Positions 1 through 10,672 of a stretch of 64,000 nt of DNA are shown here, in pieces; the stretch's first letter is position 1; each line of letters begins with the position of its first letter. The position numbers and the translations under genes are program-made. This stretch comes from Sulfolobales archaeon (GTDB lineage: Archaea > Thermoproteota > Thermoprotei_A > Sulfolobales > AG1), in NCBI GenBank assembly GCA_038867615.1, contig JAWBYA010000002.1:224001-288000 (forward strand), in the 5' to 3' direction. The notes under the pieces were generated by a model, which searched no databases, had not been told where the DNA came from, and saw only the letters and a program-made list of their open reading frames with translations.

Positions 1-282
1 CCTTATATGGGGAGGCATCTTGAGCAGATCCCTATAGCTCACGGGATATCTAGGCTTTATAGCCCCGGCTTTGTTTATCCTCCCAAGCAACTGGATCTTT
101 ATCTTACCCCACCTGCCATCATCTATATATTCAAACTCCCCTATGTAGGCATATCTCTGCATAACCCTGAGTGTTGATGCTATCAGCTTAGATGCTGGGT
201 ATACAACAACCTCGGTCTTGCTCCTAGCCTCGGCGTTTGTTATTGCTGTGAGTGCATTGGCTAGAGGATCCAGGACAACCAT
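1..282 (-). CDS. rps8: 30S ribosomal protein uS8 (runs off window start)
   Basis: Manual translation [18 protein letters not shown]...[28 protein letters not shown]; follows uS14 in spc order. Confidence 0.95.
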   Translation of the reverse strand, partial: MVVLDPLANALTAITNAEARSKTEVVVYPASKLIASTLRVMQRYAYIGEFEYIDDGRWGKIKIQLLGRINKAGAIKPRYPVSYRDLLKMPPHIR

Positions 283-291
283 AATTACCAC

Positions 292-456
292 CTACATATA
301 GATCCTAAAACCTATGGATCTAGCAACTTCTCTGAAGCACTGCCTGCAAAGATATATGCCGTATTTCTGGATAACAGCATCTCTCGATCCGCATCTCCTG
401 CAAATCTGAACGCCTCTCCCCATTTTTCTCTCAAACCTAGGCCTATACTTGCCCAT
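292..456 (-). CDS. rps14: 30S ribosomal protein uS14 (zinc-binding)
   Basis: 54-aa ORF absent from the track: MGKYRPRFERKMGRGVQICRRCGSRDAVIQKYGIYLCRQCFREVA; two CxxC; lies between uL5 and uS8. Confidence 0.96.
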   Translation of the reverse strand: MGKYRPRFERKMGRGVQICRRCGSRDAVIQKYGIYLCRQCFREVARSIGFRIYM

Positions 457-474
457 TCCACTCAGCCCCAGCTA

Positions 475-1080
475 CTATGGTACTATATTAACGTTGTATT
501 TAAGTGCTATAAACACCATGGCTTCCTCTTTAGACACCCTATGCCTTCTAGGTATACTCGATCTAGCCCTATGTCTCCTCATAACCCTATAGCCCTTTCT
601 CTCCATTGTTATAGCAACATCCATGCCAAAGATACCTATCTCGGCATCATACTTAGCCCCAGGGAGGACTAGGTATTCCTTCAGACCTATCGATAGATTG
701 CCATTCTCATCAAAGCTCGAAGCCTTAACCCTCATCCCAATCCCTTCGAAAACCTTTTTTAGAAAATCCTCAGCATCCCTCCTCCTCAGAGTAACCATAG
801 CTGCTATGTTCTCACCCCTTCTAACACCAAACTCCCTAATACTCCTCTTAGCAGCCCTGGGGACAGGCTTTCTACCAGTGAGCCTCTCTAGGAGCTGTAT
901 AGCTTTCTGGAGCCTCTCACCACTCTCACCAACCCCTATGTTTACCGTGACCTTTGCTATGTAGGGCATCCTCATTGGGTTTGATTTCCAGGATTCCAGG
1001 ATCTCCTGCACCCTCTCCCTCGGGATGATCTTGTAGATACTCTCTGGAATAGATTCTAGTCTTAGCTCCCCCTCACTCAT
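475..1080 (-). CDS. rpl5: 50S ribosomal protein uL5
   Basis: [28 protein letters not shown] motifs; operon position. Confidence 0.97.
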   Translation of the reverse strand: MSEGELRLESIPESIYKIIPRERVQEILESWKSNPMRMPYIAKVTVNIGVGESGERLQKAIQLLERLTGRKPVPRAAKRSIREFGVRRGENIAAMVTLRRRDAEDFLKKVFEGIGMRVKASSFDENGNLSIGLKEYLVLPGAKYDAEIGIFGMDVAITMERKGYRVMRRHRARSSIPRRHRVSKEEAMVFIALKYNVNIVP

Positions 1081-1841
1081 CTCCCGAGAACCTCCTTTGG
1101 TAGCGATATGACGGGCTTATCCTTACCTATAACAAAGATCTTGTCTGCTGTTGTCTGGAAAACATGGCCCGAGGGATCTTCAAGACTCACTATAGTTCTA
1201 TGCCTCCTCATACCCTTAGTGATCTTAACCACCCTACCAACCCTGCCCACGTTCTTACCACCAATTATTATAGCTAGCGATCCCTCCTCGAATGGTATGT
1301 GCTCCACTATCTTTTTCTCAGGGATCGTTATCACAACGGTATCCATAGTGTTATATAGATCCTCGTCAGCCTTCCTCGGATCAGAAACCCTTACTAGAAC
1401 GTTATAGCCCCCGTATAGGTTGAGCTGTATATGTCCTCCCTTAACAGTAGTCTTGTTCTCAATCCTGAGGGGCTTTATACCGGCCTCTTGCCTCTCTATC
1501 GGGTGGAGCTTCATATAGACAGTGGGGTATGGGATAACCCTATAGATCTCGCCAGTCCTTGTTATCTCAACCACGTCCATGAAGCCCACGGGGAACTTGT
1601 AGTTCTTTCTAATAACACCGTCTATCTTGATAGCACCCTCATTAATGATCTTGATAGCCTCTCTAGACGTTAGGGCTATCTTGAGCATATCTCTCAAAAC
1701 CAGGATGAGAGGTACCGAGGTCTCTAGCGAGTGCGGCCCGGGAGAGGACTTGACAACCCATTTATACTCCTTCCTAAGGATCGGGTAGAACCAGGGTGCT
1801 GCAAGCCTCTTCAGATGCCTTGAACCGCCCATGCTACCCAT
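1077..1841 (-). CDS. rps4e: 30S ribosomal protein eS4
   Basis: [12 protein letters not shown]...[13 protein letters not shown]; ATG at 1841 has a GGAGGGTG RBS. Confidence 0.96.
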   Translation of the reverse strand: MGSMGGSRHLKRLAAPWFYPILRKEYKWVVKSSPGPHSLETSVPLILVLRDMLKIALTSREAIKIINEGAIKIDGVIRKNYKFPVGFMDVVEITRTGEIYRVIPYPTVYMKLHPIERQEAGIKPLRIENKTTVKGGHIQLNLYGGYNVLVRVSDPRKADEDLYNTMDTVVITIPEKKIVEHIPFEEGSLAIIIGGKNVGRVGRVVKITKGMRRHRTIVSLEDPSGHVFQTTADKIFVIGKDKPVISLPKEVLGR

Positions 1842-1842
1842 G

Positions 1843-2229
1843 CTATCCACCCTCCTTGGTCTTCTTAGCCCTCCTCTCTATAATCTTCTTCCTGACATCG
1901 TCTATCTCACCTAGCTTTGTTATCATAACCTTGGAGGCATGTATCATGTAATAAACAGGGGTTCCATCAGCCTTCTTGATCGTAACGCCTTCCACACCCA
2001 CCCTAGATCTCCTAAGATCCACTTCAACCACCTTACCCTCATGACCCTTCCAATCACCCCTAAGGATAACCACGGTATCTCCTGCCCTTACCGGGAGTCT
2101 TTTAACACCGTGCTCTCTAGCGAGATCCTCGCTTAGCATTGCATTGAGGAACCTCCACCTAGCATGTAGAGGAGCCTTGGCGAGAGCCTTTCTCTGCTTT
2201 CCTGGTTTACTAGATCTTGTGAGCACCAT
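1843..2229 (-). CDS. rpl24: 50S ribosomal protein uL24
   Basis: SSKPGKQRK...APLH, VRAGDTVVILRGD KOW motif. Confidence 0.96.
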   Translation of the reverse strand: MVLTRSSKPGKQRKALAKAPLHARWRFLNAMLSEDLAREHGVKRLPVRAGDTVVILRGDWKGHEGKVVEVDLRRSRVGVEGVTIKKADGTPVYYMIHASKVMITKLGEIDDVRKKIIERRAKKTKEGG

Positions 2230-2238
2230 ATTCCCACC

Positions 2239-2673
2239 CTATATAATAATTGTGGCTAGGTTTGCTATAGCAGACCATCTCTCAGCAGCCTCCCTAGCAA
2301 CAGGCCCTCTAATCTCTGTTGCCTTTGGAGTACCCTCTGGTGTCACTATAACTACAGCATTATCCTCAAAAGCAACCCTTGTCCCGTCGGGTCTTCTATA
2401 GGGCTTTCTCTGTCTAACAACGATCCCGTAGAACACCTGCCCAACAGTATCGGGAGATCCTCTCTTAACGGTGATCGTTACCAGATCGCCTACGGAGGCG
2501 AAGGGCTGTCTCCTAAGCCTTGTCTTAACCTCCGGGACACCTATAACCATAGCGATCTTGGCACCACTGTTATCAGCAACAACAACCTTGCTACCCGTAA
2601 CAAGGCCTGGAGTTATCCTCCTCCTAGGATGCGCAGCCCTAGATCTAAGTGTCTTCTTACCCATCCTAGCCAC
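2239..2673 (-). CDS. rpl14: 50S ribosomal protein uL14
   Basis: [28 protein letters not shown]. Confidence 0.97.
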   Translation of the reverse strand: MARMGKKTLRSRAAHPRRRITPGLVTGSKVVVADNSGAKIAMVIGVPEVKTRLRRQPFASVGDLVTITVKRGSPDTVGQVFYGIVVRQRKPYRRPDGTRVAFEDNAVVIVTPEGTPKATEIRGPVAREAAERWSAIANLATIII

Positions 2674-3031
2674 CCCTCTTTATAACACCAAGAACCACAA
2701 ATGAGACGCTTTTAGCCAGAGGTCTTGTCTCTCCTATCAATACAACATCACCCGGTTTTGCCCCAATACATGGCGGGTTATGGGCGTGGATCCTGCTCCT
2801 CCTCCTCTCATACCTCTTAAACTTGCTACTATATTTAAGATACTCCCTCTCAACGGTAACAGTTCTCGTCATCCTCGACTTAACCACAACACCCTCTAGT
2901 ATTAACCCCCTAACACTAACGCTACCATGCCAGGGGCACTTATCATCGGTACAACTACTCTTCGGAGGCTCTAGCCCTGGATATGTTATACCTATATTTC
3001 TAACCTTACCCGTAGCGCTCATCATGATCAC
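2666..3031 (-). CDS. rps17: 30S ribosomal protein uS17
   Basis: [28 protein letters not shown]. Confidence 0.96.
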   Translation of the reverse strand: MIMMSATGKVRNIGITYPGLEPPKSSCTDDKCPWHGSVSVRGLILEGVVVKSRMTRTVTVEREYLKYSSKFKRYERRRSRIHAHNPPCIGAKPGDVVLIGETRPLAKSVSFVVLGVIKRGG

Positions 3032-3321
3032 CTCTTCTTAAGAACCATCCTAACCCTATCCTCAGGCCTTCCGAGAAGCATATCGCCATCTATATCCACA
3101 ACCTCTCCCGTTTCGGGGATTTTAAAGCGATATCTAGTCCCGCTCTTAAAGGTAACCACCTCTCTCCCCCCAACCCTTATCTCTATAGTCTTCATAGTCT
3201 CGTTAACAACCATCCCCTCAACACCCTCGATACCAGGATCTATTGATGATACAACCCTAACCGGGAGGCCTAGGATCTCGTGGTATCTAAGATTGCTTCC
3301 CCTTCTCTTCACCCTCACCAC
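3028..3321 (-). CDS. rnp1: Ribonuclease P protein component 1 (Rpp29)
   Basis: HEILGLPVRVV...GVEGMVVNETMKT...GRPEDR; conserved position between uL29 and uS17. Confidence 0.92.
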   Translation of the reverse strand: MVRVKRRGSNLRYHEILGLPVRVVSSIDPGIEGVEGMVVNETMKTIEIRVGGREVVTFKSGTRYRFKIPETGEVVDIDGDMLLGRPEDRVRMVLKKR

Positions 3322-3538
3322 CCTTCTCCTTTCCCCTTACTATGCCGAGCTCCTCCTCCCTCAATATGGTGAGTATTCTAGCAATATTCTTCCTAGTGAT
3401 CTTTATCTTGTGAGGCTTATCAAGAGTCCCCATGGTAGCCTGGGTTCTGAGCTTGGTGAGCTCCACCACTAGATCTTGGAGCGTTCTCAGCTTCTCCTCC
3501 CTAGACATAGACCTGATCTCGTCTGGACTAAGGCTCAC
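3287..3538 (-). CDS. rpl29: 50S ribosomal protein uL29
   Basis: EIRSMSREE...RKNIARILTILRE. Confidence 0.95.
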   Translation of the reverse strand: MSLSPDEIRSMSREEKLRTLQDLVVELTKLRTQATMGTLDKPHKIKITRKNIARILTILREEELGIVRGKEKGGEGEEKGKQS

Positions 3539-4233
3539 TAACCACCACCTCCAGAACCTCCAGGACTACCACCAGGCTGGGTCTCTGTACTAGCTGGACT
3601 AGCTGGCTGGGCTGGAGCAGCTGCCTGGGGTTGTTGCACGACCTCTATATAGTCAGCCGGTCTTCCAGGCCTTACTATAATCACCTCTATACCATATATA
3701 CCTGGTATTAAAAGCACGTTCGCCACAGCCCTGTCAACTAGGTAGTTGATCTGGTCACCGCTCCTATATATCTTCCCAGCCCTGAGCTTCTCAAACTTAG
3801 CCCTCTCCGAGGTGAGCTTACCACTCACAACAACCTCGGCACCGAGAGCCCCTGCAGCCATGATCCTTCTTAGTGTTATGAAAGCAGCCCTTCTAAAGTG
3901 AAAGCCCTTCTCGAGAGCCACTGCTAGTCTCGATGCCATAACCCTTGCGTTTAGCTCGGGGTTCTCAACACCCATTATTGTTATCTGTGGGTTCTCTATA
4001 CCGAAGTGCTTCTCGAAAACTGTTTGGAGCTTTTTAATAACCTCACCCCTCCTCCCGATCAGTATGGCCGGTCTATCAGCGTATATAATGATCCTTGTTC
4101 CGAGGGGTGTTTTGGTTATCTCAACACCAGCATAGCCAGCTCTAAAGAATACGGATGAGAGGTACTCGTCGACCTTTGTCCTCAGAATACCGAGCTCGAG
4201 GAAATACCTCTTCTTAGAAAACTTTGTCGAGAA
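3538..4233 (-). CDS. rps3: 30S ribosomal protein uS3 (start codon unresolved)
   Basis: Frame is open from 4248; [19 protein letters not shown]...[32 protein letters not shown] (KH domain) lies upstream of the track's ATG at 3975; no ATG/GTG/TTG at the N-terminus. Confidence 0.93.
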   Translation of the reverse strand, partial: FSTKFSKKRYFLELGILRTKVDEYLSSVFFRAGYAGVEITKTPLGTRIIIYADRPAILIGRRGEVIKKLQTVFEKHFGIENPQITIMGVENPELNARVMASRLAVALEKGFHFRRAAFITLRRIMAAGALGAEVVVSGKLTSERAKFEKLRAGKIYRSGDQINYLVDRAVANVLLIPGIYGIEVIIVRPGRPADYIEVVQQPQAAAPAQPASPASTETQPGGSPGGSGGGG

Positions 4234-4234
4234 G

Positions 4235-4714
4235 CTAGCCCACCTCCTTCACAATAACTTCGAAATTAGTTGTTGTAGAAAACCAAGGCGTAGCCCTGCC
4301 AAAAGCCCTTGGCATGTATCTCTTCAAATACCTACCCTTATGGGCTGCTGCATGCACTATAACAAGCTTCTCGGGATCCATACCCTGGTTCTCCGCATTA
4401 CTCCTAGCATTCCTCAGAACCTTTAGAATATATCTAGCAGCCTTGACAGGATATCTACCAACAGGTGTTTTCCACTCCTGGAAATGGGCGTTAACACCCC
4501 TCCTATGGGCTATCTGCTTCCTATGCCTTGTATAGGGTACAGGGGCTTCTTTCCTAACAACCTTTTCGAGATACGCTATGGCATCATCGAGCTTCATACC
4601 CTTTATAACCTTAGCTATCTCCACACTCTCTTTAAGAGAGATCCTAAGCTCCCTCCCAAGAGCCCTTGCAAATCTATCCCCCGGAATCTGGGGGTATGTC
4701 CAGCGGGGCGGCAT
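4235..4714 (-). CDS. rpl22: 50S ribosomal protein uL22
   Basis: [18 protein letters not shown] motifs. Confidence 0.96.
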   Translation of the reverse strand: MPPRWTYPQIPGDRFARALGRELRISLKESVEIAKVIKGMKLDDAIAYLEKVVRKEAPVPYTRHRKQIAHRRGVNAHFQEWKTPVGRYPVKAARYILKVLRNARSNAENQGMDPEKLVIVHAAAHKGRYLKRYMPRAFGRATPWFSTTTNFEVIVKEVG

Positions 4715-4880
4715 ATCGCACCACTTGCACTACTATCTATACAACCTGATAGGTATAAAAGCTAAATAGATGTAATTAGTATCCCAAGCTCCAAGGTATA
4801 TAGGTGATACACCCTGTATATAGTTATGTAGCTAACTACACCTATATAACGCCCGATAGCGAGATATATCGAGGGTCTTC

Positions 4881-6200
4881 TTGAAATATGTTGAGAAAGC
4901 CGTTGATGTTTTTCTCTCAACAGGTACAAGGTTTCCCAGAAGGATTATATGGTCCATGGGCATGATCAAATACGCTGCTGCTAAGGCAAACACAGAGCTC
5001 GGACTGCTTGACAGGAAGATGGGGGAGGCTATAATGAGCGCCTCCCAAATGCTTGCCGAGGGGAAGCTTGACAACATGATCGTTGTAGACGTGTTCCAAA
5101 CAGGATCAGGGACAGGGCTTAATATGAATGTGAACGAGGTTGTAGCTGTGAAGGCTTCAGAGTTGAGCGGGCTAAAGATCCATCCAAACGATCATGTCAA
5201 TATGGGGCAGTCGTCAAACGACGTCGTCCCAACAGCTGTTAGAGTAGCCGCTGTGCTAGAGGTTGTGGAGAGCCTTATACCCGCTATGAGATCTTTTGTA
5301 GAGAGTCTTGAGAAACTTGCCCAGAGAACAAGCGATGTCATAAAGCCCGGGAGAACCCATCTGAGAGACGCTCTCCCAGTCACTATGGGGCAGGAGTTCT
5401 CAGCCTATGCAGATGCCTTTAAACATAACCTCAGCCTGCTAGAAGGGGTTCTCCCATATGTTAAGGAGCTACCAATAGGGGGGACTGCTGTTGGTACTGG
5501 TATAAATGCCCACCCGAGGTTTGGAGAACTAGTTGTCGACGAGCTTAGGAGGCAAACCGGGGTTGATTTCAAGGTTGCTGAGAGCAGGTTTAGGGCTATG
5601 AGGCTGCTAAGCGATCTAGTAGCCCTCAGCTCCGTGCTCAGAACAACAGCGATCGATCTGATAAGACTGTGCCAGGATCTCAGACTAATGTTCTCAGGAC
5701 CATTCACAGCAATAGGAGAGATAGACATACCCCAAGAGGTTGCTGGCAGCAGCATAATGCCCGGCAAGACAAACCCCGTCACGGTTGAGGCAGCAATGCT
5801 TGCAGCAGCCCAGGTAGTGGGGCTTGATACTGCTAACAGCTATGCCAACCTCTACGGAGAGTTCGAGCTCAGCATGGCCGTACCACTCATAGGCTATAAC
5901 ATAGTCACACAGATACAGCTTCTCAGAGAGGCTCTGCAGAAGATGGAGACCTATGTGATCGACAGGATCGTCCCTCTGAGGGAGAGGGCGAGAGAGCTTG
6001 CCGAGAAGAGCCCAGCCCTTGTAACAGTGATCTCACCTATAATAGGGTATGACAAGGCTTCCCAGGTAGCTTTAAAGATAACCCAGGGCATATCTATAAG
6101 ACAAGCCCTGAGAGAGCTAGGATTTAGCGAAGATGAGATAAACAAGATACTGAACCTCGAGAGATTAGTAAAGCCTGGGATACCTGCTAAGGAGAGGTAA
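4881..6200 (+). CDS. fumC: Class II fumarate hydratase
   Basis: FQTGSGT, HPNDHVNMGQSSND, GSSIMPGKTNP signature. Confidence 0.93.
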   Translation: MKYVEKAVDVFLSTGTRFPRRIIWSMGMIKYAAAKANTELGLLDRKMGEAIMSASQMLAEGKLDNMIVVDVFQTGSGTGLNMNVNEVVAVKASELSGLKIHPNDHVNMGQSSNDVVPTAVRVAAVLEVVESLIPAMRSFVESLEKLAQRTSDVIKPGRTHLRDALPVTMGQEFSAYADAFKHNLSLLEGVLPYVKELPIGGTAVGTGINAHPRFGELVVDELRRQTGVDFKVAESRFRAMRLLSDLVALSSVLRTTAIDLIRLCQDLRLMFSGPFTAIGEIDIPQEVAGSSIMPGKTNPVTVEAAMLAAAQVVGLDTANSYANLYGEFELSMAVPLIGYNIVTQIQLLREALQKMETYVIDRIVPLRERARELAEKSPALVTVISPIIGYDKASQVALKITQGISIRQALRELGFSEDEINKILNLERLVKPGIPAKER

Positions 6201-6201
6201 C

Positions 6202-7287
6202 CTAGCCCTCGCTGGAGGCGTGGTTTTTCAAATAGATTTCGACAAACTTCTCATAAACCTCTATACCTTTCTCAAACTCCCAGTAGCTTATCTCCTCATG
6301 CTCCGTATGGGATAGCTCGGATCTTCCCGGACCGTAGGCAGCTATGTTTTCCCCAACCCTACCGTATAGGAGATTCATATCACTCGTCCCAGTCTTGATC
6401 ACGAGCTCAGGCTTCATCCCAGCCTTGCTAACAGCCCTTATGAGGGATCTCACAACAGGTATTGTTGGCCTTACCTCAACAGGTTCTATAGGATCTTTGA
6501 GCAGCGATACCCTGCATCCCGCAGGAGCTATCTTCTCCAGAGATCCCAGGATCTCTCTCCACCCAGGCCCCTTGGGAGGATATCTAAGATCTATCACAGC
6601 ACTACCACTCCTAGGGATCACGTTGGCATACTCACCACACCTAACCATGGTTAGGGCTGCGCTAGTGCTACTAGCGCTAGAACCTCCATAGGTGCTCGAT
6701 ATCTTGCCCCAGAGCTCGAAGATCTTCTCACAAGCCGAGTCATAGATCCACGGTGCTGAGGAATGCCCCCCAACCGAGGAGCACTCCACCAGGATCTTGA
6801 GGGAGCCTCTATAACCTATAGCTATCTTACTAGTGTTCGTGGGTTCCCCAATAACTATAGCATCGGCCTTGAACCCCTTATTGATAAGCCCTAGAGCGCC
6901 CCTACTATCGCTCTCCTCACCAACAGAGGCTATAACATATATTGTTGCTAGATCCTCTGGTACAGAGCCCTTGATCCTTATGCTGCTTAACGCAGAAAGC
7001 ATCGCCGCCAGAGGCCCTTTAGCATCAACAGCACCCCTACCCCTTATCCCGTTCTCACTCTCGGAGACCTCGATATACCCCGGCACTGTATCTATATGCC
7101 CTATAAATGCTATGCTGATCCTACCTCTACCCCACTTCGCAACCCCATTCCCATATTCATCTATATATGCCTCTAACCCGAGCTCCCTAGAGATCCTTAT
7201 GAACTCCTTAACAGCCCCCTCCTCATCGCCTGAGGGGCTGTAGATCTTGAGCAAACTCTTCAGTATAGATCTATACGCCTCCAACAC
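6202..7287 (-). CDS. lysK: [LysW]-lysine/ornithine hydrolase (M20 family)
   Basis: GHIDTV, GRGAVDAKGP, GEE, GTSDMN; lys cluster. Confidence 0.9.
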   Translation of the reverse strand: MLEAYRSILKSLLKIYSPSGDEEGAVKEFIRISRELGLEAYIDEYGNGVAKWGRGRISIAFIGHIDTVPGYIEVSESENGIRGRGAVDAKGPLAAMLSALSSIRIKGSVPEDLATIYVIASVGEESDSRGALGLINKGFKADAIVIGEPTNTSKIAIGYRGSLKILVECSSVGGHSSAPWIYDSACEKIFELWGKISSTYGGSSASSTSAALTMVRCGEYANVIPRSGSAVIDLRYPPKGPGWREILGSLEKIAPAGCRVSLLKDPIEPVEVRPTIPVVRSLIRAVSKAGMKPELVIKTGTSDMNLLYGRVGENIAAYGPGRSELSHTEHEEISYWEFEKGIEVYEKFVEIYLKNHASSEG

Positions 7288-8416
7288 ACCCCGCCAGCGA
7301 TGATACTATTACCTCGGAATCCTCTTTAGTAATCATATATGGTGGTAGAAACCTAACCACAGTGGATCCCGCTCTTGTTGCCAGCACACCCCTATCTTGT
7401 AGACATTTGATCACGTTTAGAGGATTAATCCTTAGATCCACGCCAAGCATGAGACCCCTACCCCTTATCTCTTTAACAACCCTGGATCCTCCAAGCTCTC
7501 TTGCTAGAATACCTATGAGCTCCTTACCAGCCTCATACGCCTTCTCCCAAACCCTGTCACCTATATATGCCCTCAAACCCCCTCTAAGGGCTGCCAGGGC
7601 TAGGGGGTTCCCGCCGAATGTTGATCCATGAGATCCTGAAGGGATCTTTGAGGCTATCTCTTCAGTGAAGAGTACAGCAGATATTGGGAAGCCGCCGGCA
7701 ATAGATTTGCCTGCTGTGAATATATGGGGTTTCAACCCTACCTCTGTGAAGGCCCAGTGAGCCCCCGTTCTTCCAAAGCCCGTCTGGATCTCATCGACAA
7801 TTACAAGTGAGCCCCATTTCTCTGAGAATGTGTTGATAGCCTCTATAAGTTCCCTCGAGGCTGGGTTCACTCCCCCCTCTCCCTGTATAACCTCGACTAT
7901 TACTGCAGCTATGTCTGTGCCTTCCAAGGATAGGAGATCCTCTGGTTTGTTGAAATCAACCTGGACAGTAGCTAGATCCAGGCCTTCGAGACCGGCCCAG
8001 TATTTCTTATTACCGGTGACTGATAGCGCTCCAAGCGTTCTTCCATGGAAAGATCCCGCGAAATAGACGATCTTCTTCCTCTTAGTGTAGATTCTTGCAA
8101 GCTTTATAGCAAGCTCGACGGCCTCGGCGCCCGAGTTTAGGAAGGATACGTTCTGGTAATCCCTGGGAACTATTCTTGATAGAAGGTTGAGAGCCTCGTC
8201 CAGGGGCTCTGTATCGTAGGATGTCGATGCTATATAGATACTCTCAAGCTGCTCCTTTATAGATTCTACAACGTATTTGTTACCATGGCCTAGAAAGCCG
8301 ACGCCATTCCCATTATGGGCGTCTATATATCTCCTACCCTCAGAATCCCACACATACTGACCATACCCCCTAACAAGCTTCAAACCCCTCGGTTCGTAGA
8401 ACCTGAATAGCCTCAT
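7271..8416 (-). CDS. lysJ: [LysW]-aminoadipate semialdehyde transaminase (class III PLP)
   Basis: NSGAEAVE, FHGRT, DEIQTGFGRTG, AGKSIAGG. Confidence 0.92.
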   Translation of the reverse strand: MRLFRFYEPRGLKLVRGYGQYVWDSEGRRYIDAHNGNGVGFLGHGNKYVVESIKEQLESIYIASTSYDTEPLDEALNLLSRIVPRDYQNVSFLNSGAEAVELAIKLARIYTKRKKIVYFAGSFHGRTLGALSVTGNKKYWAGLEGLDLATVQVDFNKPEDLLSLEGTDIAAVIVEVIQGEGGVNPASRELIEAINTFSEKWGSLVIVDEIQTGFGRTGAHWAFTEVGLKPHIFTAGKSIAGGFPISAVLFTEEIASKIPSGSHGSTFGGNPLALAALRGGLRAYIGDRVWEKAYEAGKELIGILARELGGSRVVKEIRGRGLMLGVDLRINPLNVIKCLQDRGVLATRAGSTVVRFLPPYMITKEDSEVIVSSLAGCVGGV

Positions 8417-8418
8417 AT

Positions 8419-9267
8419 CTATCTCCTCGCCTCAGAAATGACATACTCAGCTATTATCCCAGCAACGTCTATCCCAGTGGCTGTTGCAAGTCCTTTGAAC
8501 TCCGGTACTGGGTTTACCTCGTTAACCACATAGCCTCCTGATCTTTTCTCAAACACATCGACACCAGCAACCTCTAAGCCGAGGATCTCACAGGATCTTA
8601 TGGCGAGATCCTCAACCTCGGGATCTAGCTTAGCAGCAACAACCTCAGAGCCTCTTGCATAGTTCGTCACAAAACCTCCTATCCTAAACATAGCCCCTAC
8701 AACTCTTGAGCCTACAACAAGGATCCTTAGATCCCTGTCACCCTTGTCAATATACTCCTGCACAAGCCCAACCCTAGCTCTGGGATCCTGCATAACCTCT
8801 CTATGCTCATAAAGGCTCCTAAGCATCTCTGAATCCCTAACGAGGGTGACAAGCCTTCCCCAGCTACCCTGGGTTGGCTTATAAACCACAGGATATCCTA
8901 GGTGCTCCGCAGCCTTCACCACAGACCCAAGACCGAGGGTAACGTAGGTCCTCGGTATGGGTATTCCTTTTAAGGATAGTAGGGAGAGTGAGACACCCTT
9001 ATCCTGGGCGATGAGGGTTGGTATGCTTCTATTTATAACTCTAAATCCCTGGGACTCTATTGCTGCAGATGCTATAGGTGCTATTGTTCTCAGCATGGAT
9101 CTCTGTATATATATGCTAGGCCCCTCCAGATCCTTAACACCTATGCCGAGAGGCTCTTCCTCGAGATGGATCAGTTTTACCTCAGCGCCCCTATCTCTAA
9201 AGGCTCTTGAGAGCTCTTTCTCCTCCCATCTATATATCGTGTAGATCAACCCTACCTTGGAGATCAA
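8419..9267 (-). CDS. lysX: Alpha-aminoadipate/glutamate--LysW ligase (ATP-grasp)
   Basis: KPTQGSWGRLV, EVNPVPEF; adjacent to lysW. Confidence 0.92.
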   Translation of the reverse strand: MISKVGLIYTIYRWEEKELSRAFRDRGAEVKLIHLEEEPLGIGVKDLEGPSIYIQRSMLRTIAPIASAAIESQGFRVINRSIPTLIAQDKGVSLSLLSLKGIPIPRTYVTLGLGSVVKAAEHLGYPVVYKPTQGSWGRLVTLVRDSEMLRSLYEHREVMQDPRARVGLVQEYIDKGDRDLRILVVGSRVVGAMFRIGGFVTNYARGSEVVAAKLDPEVEDLAIRSCEILGLEVAGVDVFEKRSGGYVVNEVNPVPEFKGLATATGIDVAGIIAEYVISEARR

Positions 9268-9270
9268 TAA

Positions 9271-9438
9271 CTATTCTCCCCAGTCCTCACCAGCACTCTC
9301 AAAAGGCTTAAGCAGGATCCTGCCCCCATCTACTATTACTTCGAGGGCAACCCCGCATTCATGGTCAACTAGCTCTCCAGGCACTGCGTCGTCTGGCACC
9401 GAGACTGGGAGACCGCAAACCGGGCATTTCAGCTGCAA
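9271..9438 (-). CDS. lysW: Amino-group carrier protein LysW
   Basis: 55-aa ORF absent from the track, TTG start: MQLKCPVCG...HECG...AGEDWGE with the diagnostic C-terminal EDWGE. Confidence 0.97.
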   Translation of the reverse strand: MQLKCPVCGLPVSVPDDAVPGELVDHECGVALEVIVDGGRILLKPFESAGEDWGE

Positions 9439-9616
9439 GAACTACACCGTAGAAGAATGTAGATGGTCATTTATAAGCACGAGCTACAAACCTTTTACAA
9501 CCATTTTCTTAGTATCAAGATACGCCGTGTAAAAATAAATATTATTTAATGCTTTACAGTGTGCCGAAAAATAATACTCATTTCTATTTATTAGTTTCCT
9601 TGCCCTTTGAGAAGAG

Positions 9617-10672
9617 GTGACGATGGTAAGGGTCTGTGTCGTAGGGGGGTCTGGATACACGGGTGGAGAGTTGCTCAGATACCTCTCCATGCATAGGGAG
9701 GCTGAGGTTAAATATGTAACATCGAGGGAGTATGCTGGCAAACCAATACACTTTGCCCACCCCAACCTCAAGGGGTTTTATAAGGGGTTGAGGTTTGAGA
9801 ACCTGAGTGTTGATAAGATTCTGGGATTATGCGATGCGGTGTTCTTCTCAACACCTCTGGAGGTTTCTCTGGAGTATATACCAAAGGTGGTTGAATCAGG
9901 GGTTAAGGTCATAGATCTCAGCCCGGCTTTCAGACTCAAGGATCTCGATCTTTTCAAAGCCTACTACGAGATCGAGCACAAAGCACCGGATCTAGCTAGA
10001 AGAGCTGTTTACGGATTGCCAGAGATCCATATATATAGAGAGGCTTTGAGAGGGGCATCCCTCATAGCATCTCCCGGGTGCAATGCCACTGCGGCAATTA
10101 TCTCCATATACCCTCTAGCCTCTACAAAGAAGATCTCCTACCCAGTAGTGATAGACGTCAAGGCGGGAAGTAGCGAGGCAGGGGCTAAACCAACACCCTG
10201 GGACCACCACCCAGAGAGGGCTAGCAGTACTAGGCCTTATTCACCCAAAGGGCATAGACATATCGCCGAGGTGCTCCAACTCCTCAGAGAGCTTGGGGAG
10301 AGCGATGATAGGGTTAGCTTGATCCCGCACGCAGTACCAATAGTGAGGGGTGTTTTATCATCAACACACCTATATATAGACATAGACGAGCAGGAGCTGG
10401 TTAAAATATATGTCGAGAGATATGCCGGAAGCCCGTTCATAAGGATCATGTGGGGCTCTCCAACACCATACCCAGACCCCAAGAACCTCGTAGGAACAAA
10501 CATAGCCGACATAGGGTTTGCTGTGGAGGAGAGGGCGAGGAGAGTATCTATATTCGTAGCCCTCGATAACCTTGGCAAGGGTGCAGCGGGACAGGCTCTC
10601 CAGGCTTTCAACCTATCCCTAGGTATTGATGAGAGGGAGGGTCTATGGATACCCCCAACCAGGCCTGTTTAG
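9617..10672 (+). CDS. lysY: [LysW]-aminoadipate-phosphate reductase (ArgC family)
   Basis: VVGGSGYTGGEL, ASPGCNAT, DNLGKGAAGQA. Confidence 0.93.
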   Translation: MTMVRVCVVGGSGYTGGELLRYLSMHREAEVKYVTSREYAGKPIHFAHPNLKGFYKGLRFENLSVDKILGLCDAVFFSTPLEVSLEYIPKVVESGVKVIDLSPAFRLKDLDLFKAYYEIEHKAPDLARRAVYGLPEIHIYREALRGASLIASPGCNATAAIISIYPLASTKKISYPVVIDVKAGSSEAGAKPTPWDHHPERASSTRPYSPKGHRHIAEVLQLLRELGESDDRVSLIPHAVPIVRGVLSSTHLYIDIDEQELVKIYVERYAGSPFIRIMWGSPTPYPDPKNLVGTNIADIGFAVEERARRVSIFVALDNLGKGAAGQALQAFNLSLGIDEREGLWIPPTRPV

